The notes beneath the pieces are model-generated. The model did not search any database and was not told the origin of the DNA. It saw only the letters and a program-made list of their open reading frames with translations. A stretch of 64,000 nt of DNA, from the NCBI GenBank assembly GCA_963798085.1, contig CAWCRS010000007.1, forward strand, positions 160,001 to 224,000, read 5' to 3'. Of this stretch, positions 63,495 to 64,000 are shown piece by piece. The stretch's first letter is position 1; every line of letters begins with the position of its first letter. The translations under genes and the position numbers were made by a program. The DNA is from an uncultured Gemmatimonadales bacterium. GTDB taxonomy: Bacteria; Gemmatimonadota; Gemmatimonadetes; Longimicrobiales; RSA9.

Positions 63495-63758
63495 ATGCTA
63501 TCCTGCCTGATGCCCCCGATGACTGAACGCGAACGGACGGGACCTCGCCGCTTCCGGCTATCCTGGCGCTGGAAGGACAGCGGAGTCACGGGTAGCGGCC
63601 CATGGATGCACCGTGGTGATATCGTCGCCGGCTGGATGGAGAGCCTGACACGCCGTTCGGGCGAACGGGTCGAGCACTGGATCGAGATCGAAACCGCGCC
63701 CACCACGGAACGCGCGGACCTGCGTGCCGAAACCCGCGGGCTGGATCGCTTCCACTGA
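63495..63758 (+). CDS. Small hypothetical protein
   Basis: Fills the intergenic gap; Trp-rich, protein-like composition. Confidence 0.4.
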   Translation: MLSCLMPPMTERERTGPRRFRLSWRWKDSGVTGSGPWMHRGDIVAGWMESLTRRSGERVEHWIEIETAPTTERADLRAETRGLDRFH

Positions 63759-63805
63759 CCGCTCCGCGCGCGCCGCAGTTGCCGCAAACACATCATTGGC
63801 AGGCC

Positions 63806-64000
63806 TCAGCCGGCTGCCTGCTTGTTGCCTTCCAGCCAGACGGTGCGCGTGGGATACGCGAAGTCGATGCCTTCCTCCGCAAACTCCCGGAACAGCCGAA
63901 GATTGATCGCCTGCTGCGTGTCCATGTACGCGCTGTAAGCCGCATTGGTGACGAAATACACACTCTCGAAGCGCAACGCCGAATCATCCATGGAAGCGAA
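63806..64000 (-). CDS. MscS family mechanosensitive channel, C-terminal part
   Basis: DSALRFESVYFV...YMDTQQAINL...FAEEGIDFAYPTRTV. Confidence 0.88.
   Translation of the reverse strand, partial: FASMDDSALRFESVYFVTNAAYSAYMDTQQAINLRLFREFAEEGIDFAYPTRTVWLEGNKQAAG

Overview
High-GC bacterial DNA, probably Gemmatimonadota or Acidobacteriota-like (three duplicated orphan ABC permeases, a PadR, and a Ser/Thr kinase-TolB-TPR protein). Scattered single-base frameshifts in ordinary host genes suggest an indel-prone long-read assembly. Host genes include glgE/glgB, S9 and M28 peptidases, an amidase, an aldo-keto reductase, tag, a serine hydrolase, YfcC, N-formylglutamate amidohydrolase, a glycosylasparaginase and MscS. 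Two conflict loci stand out. (1) 6075-13122 is a four-gene operon: TIR plus an inactive P-loop-like domain, a MoxR AAA+ ATPase, a degenerate vWA protein, and a large protein with two apparently dead trypsin domains plus a degenerate Roc-like GTPase. It looks like an unusual split variant of the MoxR-vWA ternary conflict systems. (2) 30076-48438 is a type I-G CRISPR-Cas locus: csb1-csb2-cas3-cas8g2 transcribed away from cas4/1-cas2, with a HEPN-MNT pair between them. The array has 76 repeats and is split by an IS21 element that has no target duplication and sits exactly where the repeat variant changes. Family assignments come from motif recognition only; no searches were run.
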